From Candidatus Brocadiia bacterium (GTDB lineage Bacteria; Planctomycetota; Brocadiia; CAIUPP01), in contig JBEKCB010000006.1 of assembly GCA_050015075.1 (NCBI GenBank), positions 96,001-160,000 on the forward strand: a DNA stretch of 64,000 nucleotides, read 5' to 3'. Shown here one piece after another: positions 18,433 through 28,227 of the stretch (positions are counted from its first letter, which is position 1; every line of letters starts with the position of its first letter). A model generated the notes under the pieces. It had not been told where the DNA came from, did not search any database, and saw only the letters and a list, made by a program, of their open reading frames with translations. The translations under genes and the position numbers were made by a program.

Positions 18433-19734
18433 CTACTGCTCCGTCTTGCGGGTTCGAGACTTGTCGGTATTCTCCTCGTCCGATCCGGGTTTGCGGGTGC
18501 TGAGGAGGTCCTTGAGCACGTCCTGCGTCGTCTTACTGTCGTCCCCGGTGCCTCCGCTGGCGGGCAACACCACCTGCTGCTCCGCGGCGGGGCGCTGCCC
18601 GCTCGCGCCGCCGGTCCGGGCCGCGGCGGACGGGATGGATTCCTTCAGCAGTCCGCTGATCAGCTTGTCGTCCGACTTCGGCTCCTGCTGGAGCGGCACG
18701 ACGACGGGTTGTTCCTCCCTGTCGGGGCTTTCTTTCTGCTCCACGGTTCTTTCAGCGGTGGTCTTGAGGAGTTCCTCGAGGATGACATCGGCCTTCTGCT
18801 CGCGCGCGATGCCGGAGAAAAAGTCGGAGGGCTTGGCGCCGACGGTCACGCCGGAGGTCTCCAGGCGCGCCGCGCGGGCTTCCTCGACCACGTGGAGGAA
18901 GAAGTTCTCCAGCCGGTCGCGGGGCGTCTGGACGGAGACTTCCATCGCCGGCCCCGCGAGTTCGTGAATCCGGTTCACCACCTGCTCGATCGTCTCCGCG
19001 TTCAACCGGTCGGTGGTAATCTGCGTCTTGGCGCGGAGGCTGAGCAGTTCATCCACGCTCCCGAGCCGGCGCAGCCGGCCGCCATAGAGAATCGCGACGC
19101 GGTCGCACACGTCTTCCACGTCCGCGAGCAGGTGGCTGCACAGGAGCACGGTCTTTCCCCGCCGCCGGAGTTCCAGGATGAGGTCTTTGATCTCGCGCGT
19201 GCCGGTGGGATCCAATCCGGTCGTCGGCTCATCCAGGAAGATCAGGTCCGGGTCGTTGATCAAGGCCTGCGCCAGGCCGATGCGGCGCGCCATGCCCTTG
19301 GAGTATTCGACGATCGGGCGCTTGCGCTGATGGGTGAGTCCGACCATCTCCAGGAGCAGTTCCACGCGGTGACGGCGCTCCGCGGACGGGAGATTGAAGA
19401 GCCGCCCGTAAAAGTCCAGCGTCTCTTCCGCGTTCAGATACCGGTAAAGGTAAGACTCCTCCGGCATGAAGCCGATCCGGTCCTTGATCGCGAGATTGCG
19501 CGGATCGCGGCCGAAGACCGCGGCGCGGCCCGTCGTCGGGAAGAGCAGGCCGAGCAGGATTTTCAGCAGCGTGGACTTTCCCGAGCCGTTCGGCCCGAGC
19601 AGCCCGAAGATCTCCCCGCGGTAGACCTGGAACTCGACCCGGTCGAGCGCTTTGACCTTCGGCCGCATCCAGAAATCGCGGAACAACTTGCTGAGTTGGA
19701 CCGTCTCCACCACAACCTGGCGTTCTTCTGCCAA
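18433..19734 (-). CDS. ABC transporter ATP-binding protein with low-complexity C-terminal tail
   Basis: GPNGSGKST, YSKGM signature, LDEPTTGLD, SHLL. Confidence 0.93.
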   Translation of the reverse strand: MAEERQVVVETVQLSKLFRDFWMRPKVKALDRVEFQVYRGEIFGLLGPNGSGKSTLLKILLGLLFPTTGRAAVFGRDPRNLAIKDRIGFMPEESYLYRYLNAEETLDFYGRLFNLPSAERRHRVELLLEMVGLTHQRKRPIVEYSKGMARRIGLAQALINDPDLIFLDEPTTGLDPTGTREIKDLILELRRRGKTVLLCSHLLADVEDVCDRVAILYGGRLRRLGSVDELLSLRAKTQITTDRLNAETIEQVVNRIHELAGPAMEVSVQTPRDRLENFFLHVVEEARAARLETSGVTVGAKPSDFFSGIAREQKADVILEELLKTTAERTVEQKESPDREEQPVVVPLQQEPKSDDKLISGLLKESIPSAAARTGGASGQRPAAEQQVVLPASGGTGDDSKTTQDVLKDLLSTRKPGSDEENTDKSRTRKTEQ

Positions 19735-19758
19735 GCGTGTCCTCCTTAAAGCGAGCCC

Positions 19759-21696
19759 TTACTCGGTTTCCTGCGGCACCGTGTAGGGCGTCAATTCCTC
19801 GCCGAATCGCACCAGCCGCGCACTGTTGAAGATGACGATGAACGAGCCGACGACGTGCAAGCCGGCGGCCGTGATCGGCTCGACGATGCCGGTGATGGCC
19901 AGCGTCAATCCGACGACGATGAAGAGCAACGCGAAGAGCAGGTTCTGGTTGACGATGGCGCGGGTCCGCCGCGAGAGCCGGACCAGGAACGGCAGACGCG
20001 ACAGGTCGTTGGACATCAGCGCGATCGAGGCGGAGTGGATGGCGATGTCGCTGCCGGCGGCGCCCATCGCGATGCCGATGTCGCCGGCCGCCAGTGCCGG
20101 AGCGTCATTGACGCCGTCGCCGACGACCGCCACGTGCAAGCCGGCGGCCTTCATCTTGTGCACAATGCTGAGTTTACGGTCCGGCAGGCATTCGGCCTCG
20201 ACTTCGGTGCAGCCCAGTTCCAGCGCCACGCGACGCGCAACGGACCAGCGGTCGCCGGTGAACATCGTCAGGCGGCGGATGCCCAGCTTCCGCAACTCCA
20301 CCGTGGCCTTGCGGGCCTCGGGCCGGGCCTTGTCTTCGAGACCGAGCCAGCCGATCACACGCTTGTTCTCGGCGATGAACAGCACGCTATAGCCTTCCAG
20401 TTCCTGAGGGGGCACCTCGAAACCGGAGAAGTCCACGCCTTCCTCCTTCAGCCAGGTTTCGCGCCCGATCAGCACCGCGGCGCCATTGACGCGGCAGGTC
20501 ACGCCCTTGCCGGCTTCCTCGCGAACCTCCAGCGCTTCGGGGACGGCGATCTTGGCTTCCCGGGCCACGCGGACGACGGCCTGCGCCACGGGGTGGTTGC
20601 TGTGGGCCTCGGCCGCGGCGGCGAGCGTCAGCATCCGCAGAGGATCCACGGAAGCGGCCGGGGCCAGCCGGGTGACCGAAAGCTGCCCGGTGGTCAGCGT
20701 GCCGGTCTTATCGAAGGCGATGGCGTTCAAGCGGCCGGCGGCCTCGAGGTCGCCGACGTCTTTGACGAGGATGCCCAACCGCGCCGAAGCGCTCAACGCC
20801 GCCACCATGGCGGTGGGCGTCGCGAGGACGAAGGCGCACGGGCAGGTGACCAGCAGCACGGTGATCGCGCGGTCCATCTTCTCGGTGAAGAACAGAGTGA
20901 CGAAGGCGACCATGATCACGACCGGCGTGTACCAGCGGATATACTGGTCAATGATGCGCATCAGCGGGATCTTGGTCTTCTCGGCGTCGAGGATGAGGCT
21001 GCGGACCTGGCCGAGCGTCGTGTCAGAGCCGACGCGGGTAACGGCGACTTCAATGGAGCCGGTGAGGTTGACGGCGCCCGCAAAAATCTGCGCGCCGGGT
21101 CCTTTGTCCACCGGGACGGATTCGCCCGTGATGCTCGCCTCGTTCATGGTCGTCGCGCCGAGGACGATCTCGCCGTCGGTCGGGACGACTTCGCCCGGCC
21201 GGATGCGGACGTGCTGGCCCGCGGAGAGCGAAGCGGCCTCCACTTCGCGCGTCTGGCCGCCCTCCAGCAGATGGGCGCGGGTCGGGGTCATGCGGATCAA
21301 GCCCTCGATCGCCTGCCGGGCGCCCAGGGCGGTGCGGTGCTGAATCAGGTCGGCGAACAGCATCAGGAAGCTGACCACGCCGGCCTCCTGATACTTGTTG
21401 ATGGCGATGCAGGCGACCACGGCGATGGCGACGAGTTCGATCATGTGGCGCTCGCCGTGGATGAGGTCGCTGATCGCGCGGACCACGATCGGCGTGGCCA
21501 GCAGCAGCGCGCCGAGGAGCGCCGAGAGGTCCGCGACCGCGCGCGCGTCGGTGAAGATCTTGTCGGCGATGAACGAGTTGATGATCAGCGCGGCGCCGAG
21601 AAACGATCCGATCAGCGAGAGCGCCACCAGGCGCTGTTCCTGTTCGGAACTCAGGTGGTGCTCCTCGTGCAAGATGTGCCCGGATGCTGTGCTCAT
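19759..21696 (-). CDS. Heavy-metal translocating P1B-type ATPase
   Basis: TGES, CPC, DKTGTLT, SNHP, TGD, GDGVNDAPAL; N-terminal HILHEEHH. Confidence 0.95.
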   Translation of the reverse strand: MSTASGHILHEEHHLSSEQEQRLVALSLIGSFLGAALIINSFIADKIFTDARAVADLSALLGALLLATPIVVRAISDLIHGERHMIELVAIAVVACIAINKYQEAGVVSFLMLFADLIQHRTALGARQAIEGLIRMTPTRAHLLEGGQTREVEAASLSAGQHVRIRPGEVVPTDGEIVLGATTMNEASITGESVPVDKGPGAQIFAGAVNLTGSIEVAVTRVGSDTTLGQVRSLILDAEKTKIPLMRIIDQYIRWYTPVVIMVAFVTLFFTEKMDRAITVLLVTCPCAFVLATPTAMVAALSASARLGILVKDVGDLEAAGRLNAIAFDKTGTLTTGQLSVTRLAPAASVDPLRMLTLAAAAEAHSNHPVAQAVVRVAREAKIAVPEALEVREEAGKGVTCRVNGAAVLIGRETWLKEEGVDFSGFEVPPQELEGYSVLFIAENKRVIGWLGLEDKARPEARKATVELRKLGIRRLTMFTGDRWSVARRVALELGCTEVEAECLPDRKLSIVHKMKAAGLHVAVVGDGVNDAPALAAGDIGIAMGAAGSDIAIHSASIALMSNDLSRLPFLVRLSRRTRAIVNQNLLFALLFIVVGLTLAITGIVEPITAAGLHVVGSFIVIFNSARLVRFGEELTPYTVPQETE

Positions 21697-21720
21697 GAAA
21701 GTCCTTTCCTGCGGTTCAGG

Positions 21721-22986
21721 TCAGCGCGACTCTATGGGTTTCGTCGCCGCACGGATCAGTTCCGGCCTGCGGTTGAGCCAGAGTTCGAGCAGCCTGTGGG
21801 CCTTGTCGGTAGCTGCATTGTAATAGTACTTCTCGTAGCAGGCGTTGAGCACTTCCTGCAGGGCGTCCACGCGCGCGTGATCGAGGAAGACCTGGATCTG
21901 GGCCGGGTTCTTCAACAGGCTGTCCATGATCGAGGCATCGCCCTTGGCCGATTCGACCACTTGGCTTTTGTACGTCTTCGCCTCGCCGAGGATGGTCTGC
22001 ACCTGTCCGCCGGCGAGCAGGAAGGTCTTCGACATTTCGTCTTCGATCTTCTGCATCTCTTCCGTGTTGCCGGCATCCTTCGCGGCCCACCACTTCTCGA
22101 GGCTGCTCCCGAGCTGAATGCCGACCTCGCCGGCGGTTTCGATGAGCACCTTCTCGCGCTCGCGGTTGGCGGTGACGCGCAACTCGGCCATCGCCTGCGA
22201 CGTGGCCAGCACGTTATCGAACGCCTGCCGGACCTGGTCGGGCGGCCGGAGTTCCCGAAGCGTAATCCGCTCCACTTCGAGTCCGCACTGGAGCCGGTCC
22301 AAGGTCTCTTCGAGTGACTTCTTCACCGCTTCGACCAGGACCTCCTTGTTCCGGGGGTAAATGTCGAACACCTTCATGGAGGCGGTCTCGCGGATCGCAG
22401 CGCTCTGAAGGGCGCCGCGGACCAGCCGCTCCTCGTTGATTTCGCCGGCCTTTCCCTCGCCGATGATGCGGTAGTAATCCACGACGGCTTTCTTATCCTG
22501 CGGCCGAATGCGGTAGGTGACGTCCCACTGGGCCTGCAGCATGTTCAGGTCGCCGGTCAGCATGACCGCGTTTTCGGCGCCCTCCACGGGCTTCGGCATC
22601 TCGCGGCCCTTCTCCATCTTCTGGTCTTTCGCTTCTTCGCTGATCATTCGCCAGAACGTGTTGACCTCGAGCTTGCGGGGCCTGACCCAGATGGGCACGA
22701 CTCGGTCAATCGGATAGGGAAATGCGTAGTGGATGCCCTGGTCCTTGACGCGGCCTTCCTCGTACGCGCCGAACCGAAGGATGATCGCCTTCTGGTCGGA
22801 CTGGACGGTGAAGAGGCCTTGCAGGAGGAACACGACCAGCAGCAGCACAATGATAAATGTGAGGACGCTGAAGCTGGTCCGTAACGCATCCGCCAGCGAG
22901 GCGCTGGCCTCGTCGAACGCCGGCTGGACGTCGCCGGGCTCGTTCGCCGGCCCGTCTGGCACAGGATTTTTGGGTTCTTCAGCCAC
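21721..22986 (-). CDS. SPFH/HflK-like protein
   Basis: Single TM, LRFG, HYAFPYPI, MLTGDLN, PPDQVRQAFDNV; GTG start with GGAGGA RBS. Confidence 0.85.
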   Translation of the reverse strand: MAEEPKNPVPDGPANEPGDVQPAFDEASASLADALRTSFSVLTFIIVLLLVVFLLQGLFTVQSDQKAIILRFGAYEEGRVKDQGIHYAFPYPIDRVVPIWVRPRKLEVNTFWRMISEEAKDQKMEKGREMPKPVEGAENAVMLTGDLNMLQAQWDVTYRIRPQDKKAVVDYYRIIGEGKAGEINEERLVRGALQSAAIRETASMKVFDIYPRNKEVLVEAVKKSLEETLDRLQCGLEVERITLRELRPPDQVRQAFDNVLATSQAMAELRVTANREREKVLIETAGEVGIQLGSSLEKWWAAKDAGNTEEMQKIEDEMSKTFLLAGGQVQTILGEAKTYKSQVVESAKGDASIMDSLLKNPAQIQVFLDHARVDALQEVLNACYEKYYYNAATDKAHRLLELWLNRRPELIRAATKPIESR

Positions 22987-23013
22987 GGCTTGCTCCTCCG
23001 TCTCTTGGGGTCC

Positions 23014-23973
23014 TTAGTTCGTGGGTCGCGGGGAAACCGCCGGCGCCTCGGTCACGCTCGGCTTATTGATGGTCCCGGTGAACCCCTGGGAGAACAGGTC
23101 GAACGGCGGGATCGTCGGGTCCACGATGATGGTCGTCTTCGTCTTCAAGGTCTCCTGGAGGGCGCGGATCTTGCGGAGATAGATGGCCAGCGCCGGGTTC
23201 TTGGCAAAGACGCCGAAATGCTGCGCCGCCTCGGCGTCGCCCTGGCCTTTGAGCGCCTCGGCTTCGCTGCGGGCGCGCGCCAGGAGCTTTTCCTTTTCGG
23301 TCGTCGCATTGGCTCTGATGACGGTGGCGTTCGCAAGGCCTTCCTGTTGAATCTTGGTCGCCTCCAGGTTGCGCTCCGCGATCATGCGCTTGTAAACGTT
23401 CTGCGTCGCGCTCTCGGGCAGTTCCAGCCGGCGCAACTTGAGCAGGACGAATGAGATCCCGTAGGTCTTTTTCGCCCTGTCGTTGGAGGCCTGCAGGATG
23501 GAGTCCTCGATCGCGTCGTACTTGAGCTTGTCCCGGTCCACGGAGACCAGTTCGTTCAGGTCGTGCTGGCCCATGACCGCCAGGGCGCTGTCGCGCACGT
23601 AGCCCTCGACGCGGTTCCACGCCTGCTGCATCCGGTCTTCCTCGGCAAGGCGTCCGAAGTTCTGGTTGAACGCCAGAGGATCGGAAACCCTCCAGCCGAC
23701 GCAGAGCTAGAGGGTGATGTTGCGCTTGTCGCGGGTGGGCGTCTCCTCGAAACGGCCCTCGCTCACGTTGATCCGCGAGTCGAACTTGCGGACTTCCTCG
23801 ATCGGCCAGGGCAATTTGAAATGATACCCCGGCTGCGGCAGGTCGCTCGAGGCTTTGCCGAACCGCAACAGCACGGCCACCTCGCTTTCCCGCACCTGGA
23901 ACGCAAACATGTAGAGCAGCAGGCTGACGCCGACCACCACGCCCACGATGACCGTCAGAACGTGCTTTCTCAT
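23014..23973 (-). pseudogene. SPFH/HflC-like protein interrupted by one in-frame TAG (23707-23709); pseudogene, read-through or sequence error
   Basis: The two track ORFs are in the same frame: ...FKLPWPIE...RNITL*LCVGWRVSDP...RMIAER...GQGDAEAA; 319 codons in total. Confidence 0.8.
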
Positions 23974-23992
23974 GTGAATCCTCTCTCCGGGC

Positions 23993-25924
23993 CTATTGAT
24001 TGAACTGGATCTGTTCGATGTCGCTCGCGACCGGGTCTTCCAGGTTGAGCCGGATGCGCTGGTCCATGTCTTTCACGCCGACCACGATTTTACGCGGAAC
24101 CGCGTCCTTCTGATCGGCCGTGGAGGCGGTGGGATCCTGCAGGCCCTTCTCAAGGGCGCTGAAGTACTCGCGCGCCTTGAAGACCTCGGCGGAAGTGCCA
24201 TAGGCGGTATTCTGCGCGTCAAAGCGTTTGGCCTCGGCTTCCGCCACGGACACGCGCGTCGTATAGTAACTCTGCGCGTTCAGCTTGACGATGGCCGTCT
24301 CGCTCTTGGCGGTGGCGAGGGTCGCTTCTTTGAACTGCTCCGCTCCCAGCCGGGTCGTCTCCAGTTCGGTCTGCGCGTCAATGACCGCGTGGAACGCCTC
24401 CGGAACGCCCTGCTCGACCGGCGGGTGCATGCCTTCGACGCCGACGGCCAGAATCTCCACCCCAAGGCCGTTGCCTTGCCGTGTTTCGACCTCATCCGCC
24501 GCCTGCTGCATGTTCGCGCGCAGTGTCTTCCCGGCTTCCTCCCGGCCTTTGGACATGACTTCGAAGAGGTCCACGCCGGCCAGGTACTTGATCTGTTCGC
24601 GCTCGCAGATCGCCTCGAGCAGTCGCTCCGGCTCGGGGCTGGAGTAGTACCATTTCTTCACGTCGCTGATCTTGTAGCGAATCGTCGTGGTGGCCACCAG
24701 GAGGTTGACCGGCAGCTCTTTCTCGCTGATATTCTTATCGGCTTCCCGCCGGGCGACCATGACGTTGTATTCTTTCTCGTAGTGCCGGTTCGTCCAGAGG
24801 AGTGTGTCGGTTTCCGCTTCCCTGCCGGAGTGCCCGAGGGAAATCGTCTTGACCTCGTTGGCCGGGAAGCGATAGACGCGCTCGATCGGCCAGGGCAGCT
24901 TGAAGTGGAAGCCCGGCGTCAGCACCGGCGCCACGAACACGCCGCGCCGCTCCAGGACGCCCTGCTGCTCGGCCCCGACGACGACGAAGCTGCTCAGCAG
25001 GTAGAGCGTCACCAGATCGAAAAGGATCAGCGGCGCGATCCATTGTTCGGTGAAGCGATAGAGCCAGGTCTGCGACACGCGGAAGCCGAACTGGTAGTCG
25101 AGCGTCGAGGAGACCGTCTTGAGCAGGCCGGTGGGCATCACCAGAATGCCCAGCACGCGGCTGTCGTAGGCGGGCCGCTCTTCGACGCCTTCGACGCGCG
25201 GACGGTAGAAGTCGAAGACGAAGTTGATGAGGATTTCAATCGCGACGATGCCCATCAGGCCCAGCATCGCATAGGCGCACGGGTCGTCGAAATCGTCCCC
25301 GATCCCGAATCGCGCCACGCCATGCGATATCACGGTCACCGCGGCGAACAGCGTGTTCAACATCATGAAACTGGCGCAGGCCCGCAACGGACGCCATTCG
25401 GCCTGTCGCGACATCCCTGCGGAGTACTTGGCGAACAGGAAAAAGACAAACGTCGCCACCGCGAAGATGCACATCATCCAGACCATGTCGAGGCCGGTCC
25501 GGTCCACCAGCAGCTTGACGACGTTGAAAAACAGCGACAACCCGACGATGGCCGCCAGCCCCAGGCCGATGCCCAGCGAGAAGATCGGCGTGATGTACTT
25601 GTTCAGGATCCGCAGCCGGTTTCGAGCGGTGAACGCCTGGATCTCGTCCTCATCGAACAGCCGCCCGCGCGCGCCGCCGGCGGCCCGTTCGGCCTCCATC
25701 CGCTCCCATTCCATCTGTTCTTCTTCCGCCAGCCCGACCTGGCGCATCCGGATCAGCGAGATCAGCCAGACCAGGGCGCCGATGAAAAGCTGGCAGCTCA
25801 GAACATACGTGCACGAGCATCCCGTGCGCCAACAGATGACCAGGCAGAAGATGACGCCGATCAATTGTACAATCAGGCCGGCAACCGCCACGTGTTCAGC
25901 CGGCTTCCGATCGAGCCTTGCCAC
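23993..25924 (-). CDS. HflK-like SPFH protein fused to an N-terminal multi-pass membrane domain
   Basis: About 7 TM segments followed by PGFHFKLPWPIE and HPP..VPEAFHAV SPFH motifs. Confidence 0.82.
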   Translation of the reverse strand: MARLDRKPAEHVAVAGLIVQLIGVIFCLVICWRTGCSCTYVLSCQLFIGALVWLISLIRMRQVGLAEEEQMEWERMEAERAAGGARGRLFDEDEIQAFTARNRLRILNKYITPIFSLGIGLGLAAIVGLSLFFNVVKLLVDRTGLDMVWMMCIFAVATFVFFLFAKYSAGMSRQAEWRPLRACASFMMLNTLFAAVTVISHGVARFGIGDDFDDPCAYAMLGLMGIVAIEILINFVFDFYRPRVEGVEERPAYDSRVLGILVMPTGLLKTVSSTLDYQFGFRVSQTWLYRFTEQWIAPLILFDLVTLYLLSSFVVVGAEQQGVLERRGVFVAPVLTPGFHFKLPWPIERVYRFPANEVKTISLGHSGREAETDTLLWTNRHYEKEYNVMVARREADKNISEKELPVNLLVATTTIRYKISDVKKWYYSSPEPERLLEAICEREQIKYLAGVDLFEVMSKGREEAGKTLRANMQQAADEVETRQGNGLGVEILAVGVEGMHPPVEQGVPEAFHAVIDAQTELETTRLGAEQFKEATLATAKSETAIVKLNAQSYYTTRVSVAEAEAKRFDAQNTAYGTSAEVFKAREYFSALEKGLQDPTASTADQKDAVPRKIVVGVKDMDQRIRLNLEDPVASDIEQIQFNQ

Positions 25925-26019
25925 TGTGTGCTCCTCCTCCTCTGTCCGTCCGCGTAACTGCGCCGTTCAACCGGCCGCCCTCGGCGGTCCGCCCTTCGGC
26001 AGGGCCCGCCGAGCATCCG

Positions 26020-27066
26020 CTATGCTACCTGCCGCTCCTGGAATAACAGCATCCCGAGGAACAGAAAAGCGCTGATGAAAAAGAACGCGTAGATCCCCGT
26101 ATAAATCACCAGTATCGCCGGCACGGGAATGCCGGCGTTCAGAGTGTCCGAGACCCAGAACACCTGCAGGTTCGGTATCAGAGCGTATAGAATGCCCGCT
26201 AACCACTTCAGTTTCGGCGCGTTCGCGCCCAACTGCACGAAGAGATACTCCGACAGGAGCCCCAGCAGGAACATGCCGGAGCACACCGCCACGTTGACCA
26301 CGACGCTGAGGCGCGTCGAAACCGCCACCGCAAAAGCGGCCATGAGCAGGATCGCCCAGCAGCACATGATGCACGCGCGGACGACATCCAGGTTGATCCC
26401 CTTGCCGAAGGCGCCCCAGTTCTCCTTCAGGGCGCGCGTGTCCACGAAACCGAAAACGACGAAGCAGATCGTCAGCAGCGGAATGGCCGCCCCGATCGCC
26501 CGGCTCGCGAACGGCCGGTCATGGAAAAAGTTGTGGTAAAGCCCGTAGCAGACCGCCAGGAACATGCAGCCGAATACGGAAAGCACGATCCAGAGGCTGA
26601 GTTCCGTTTCAAGGTCCCCTTCCAGCGCGCCGCCGCTGACCGTGAGGACGAGCACCAGCGAAAGGAGATAGATGGCGATGATCAATCCGGTCATGATCCC
26701 GAGGAATTTGCCGAGGACAAACTCCGACCGGCCGACCGGCTTCGAGATCACCGTCAGCACCGTCCGGTTGTCAATTTCCTGCGAGATGACGTTCGAAGCG
26801 GTGAACGCCCCCACGAGCAACCCGGCGAGCATCAGCGTGGCCAGCCCCATGTCGGTGATGAACTTCGCGGACTGCATCATCGTGAACATCGTGACGTAAG
26901 GGCTGACCAGGATCATCGCCGCCGCCGAACCCACGATCGCGCCGTACACCGGCTGCCGAATGCCTTCGATGAAAGTATTCGCCGCGACGGAGTAGACTTT
27001 GACGAGGAAGTAGACGAACGGCGAAGGCCGTTCCGTCGGCTCCAGTCTGGCGCGACTTTCACCCAT
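26020..27066 (-). CDS. ABC-2-type permease-like membrane protein
   Basis: ANTFIEGIRQP, EIDNRTVLTVISKPVGRSEFVLGKFLG, PNLQVFW, FQERQV. Confidence 0.82.
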   Translation of the reverse strand: MGESRARLEPTERPSPFVYFLVKVYSVAANTFIEGIRQPVYGAIVGSAAAMILVSPYVTMFTMMQSAKFITDMGLATLMLAGLLVGAFTASNVISQEIDNRTVLTVISKPVGRSEFVLGKFLGIMTGLIIAIYLLSLVLVLTVSGGALEGDLETELSLWIVLSVFGCMFLAVCYGLYHNFFHDRPFASRAIGAAIPLLTICFVVFGFVDTRALKENWGAFGKGINLDVVRACIMCCWAILLMAAFAVAVSTRLSVVVNVAVCSGMFLLGLLSEYLFVQLGANAPKLKWLAGILYALIPNLQVFWVSDTLNAGIPVPAILVIYTGIYAFFFISAFLFLGMLLFQERQVA

Positions 27067-27251
27067 GTACTGCGGCCTCACGCGGAGAACAGACGGGCAT
27101 GTGATCAGACAGTCTTACTTACAGCGTCCGCCTCGGGGACCATGCGTCGTACGAGTACCAAGGAAACTTGACGCTTTACGAATGCTGCGGACCAGACAGC
27201 AGACCGCGCCCCGGCGTCGCGTTTGGCGCCGAGCCCGAATGCGACGGGAGC

Positions 27252-27279
27252 ATTGTATCAAATGTTCAAAAAATTGCAA
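27252..27279 (-). promoter_or_regulatory. Probable promoter of the ABC/SPFH/P1B operon
   Basis: TTGCAA-16 bp-TACAAT with TGn extension in an AT-rich patch. Confidence 0.55.
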
Positions 27280-27298
27280 GTCCCCTGTCGGAGAAATT

Positions 27299-28081
27299 TC
27301 AGAAGCCCCGTTCCGCCGGCCCGAAAAGCCTGATCGCATTGGCCGCGGTCCGCGCGGCGACCTCGTCGGCGGTCATTCCGCGAAGCGCCGCCAGCGCCTC
27401 CGCCACGTATCGCACAAAAGCCGGCTCGTTCCGCCGGCCCCGCACCGGTTGCGGCGCCAGATAGGGGCAATCGGTCTCGATCAGCAGTTGCTCCATCGGC
27501 GCGAGCCGGCCGATCTCGCGGAGATTCCCGGCGCTGGGGAAAGTCAGCGGTCCCGCAAACGAGATGAAAAAGCCCATCCCGATCAGCGCTTCCGCCGTCG
27601 CCCGGTCCCCCGCGAAGCAGTGCAGCACCCCGCGCAGCCCGTCGCCGGCATGCTCTTTCAGAACCGCCAGGCAATCTGCGTACGCCTCGCGGCAATGGAT
27701 CACCACCGGCAGGTTAAGCTGCAGCGCGATCCGAATCTGCGACTCGAAGACCGCCCGCTGAACGTCGCGCGGCGAACGATCATAATGATAATCCAGCCCG
27801 GTCTCGCCGATCGCCACGACGCCCGGACTTCGTGCAAGCTCAGCCAGCCGCGCCAGCGCCGCCTCGTCCGCGCCCGCCGCATCGTGCGGATGAATCCCGA
27901 CCGACGCGCAGACAAACTCCGGATTCCGCTGCGCGAGCGCAATGGCGGCCTCGCAGGAAGCCAGCCCCGTGCCCACCGTCACGATGCGCTGAACTCCCGC
28001 CTCGCGCGCCCGGTCCAGAACCGCCGTCAAGTCCGGCGCGAACCGCCCGTCGTCCAGATGTGCATGCGAGTCCGCAAGCAT
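27299..28081 (-). CDS. tatD: TatD family hydrolase/DNase
   Basis: DSHAHL, GIHPH, IGETGLDY, IHCRE, LHCF, IETDCPYLAP, RNEP. Confidence 0.95.
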   Translation of the reverse strand: MLADSHAHLDDGRFAPDLTAVLDRAREAGVQRIVTVGTGLASCEAAIALAQRNPEFVCASVGIHPHDAAGADEAALARLAELARSPGVVAIGETGLDYHYDRSPRDVQRAVFESQIRIALQLNLPVVIHCREAYADCLAVLKEHAGDGLRGVLHCFAGDRATAEALIGMGFFISFAGPLTFPSAGNLREIGRLAPMEQLLIETDCPYLAPQPVRGRRNEPAFVRYVAEALAALRGMTADEVAARTAANAIRLFGPAERGF

Positions 28082-28097
28082 CGCAATCCGCCCTGTC

Positions 28098-28126
28098 TTG
28101 AAAAATCGGCTTCCACCTGATAAACT
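28098..28126 (+). promoter_or_regulatory. Promoter of tRNA-Asn
   Basis: TTGAAA-17 bp-TAAACT with TGn extension. Confidence 0.55.
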
Positions 28127-28149
28127 GTCCGGCGAACTGGGAATCTGAT

Positions 28150-28222
28150 TCCTCGGTAGCTCAATCGGTAGAGCGGGTGGCTGTTAACCACTAGGTTCGA
28201 GGTTCAAGTCCTCGCCGAGGAG
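28150..28222 (+). tRNA. tRNA-Asn(GTT)
   Basis: Acceptor stem tcctcgg/ccgagga, D-arm tagctcaatcggtagagc, anticodon loop ct-GTT-aa, T-loop ggttcaagtcc; CCA not encoded. Confidence 0.96.
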
Positions 28223-28227
28223 CCTTT

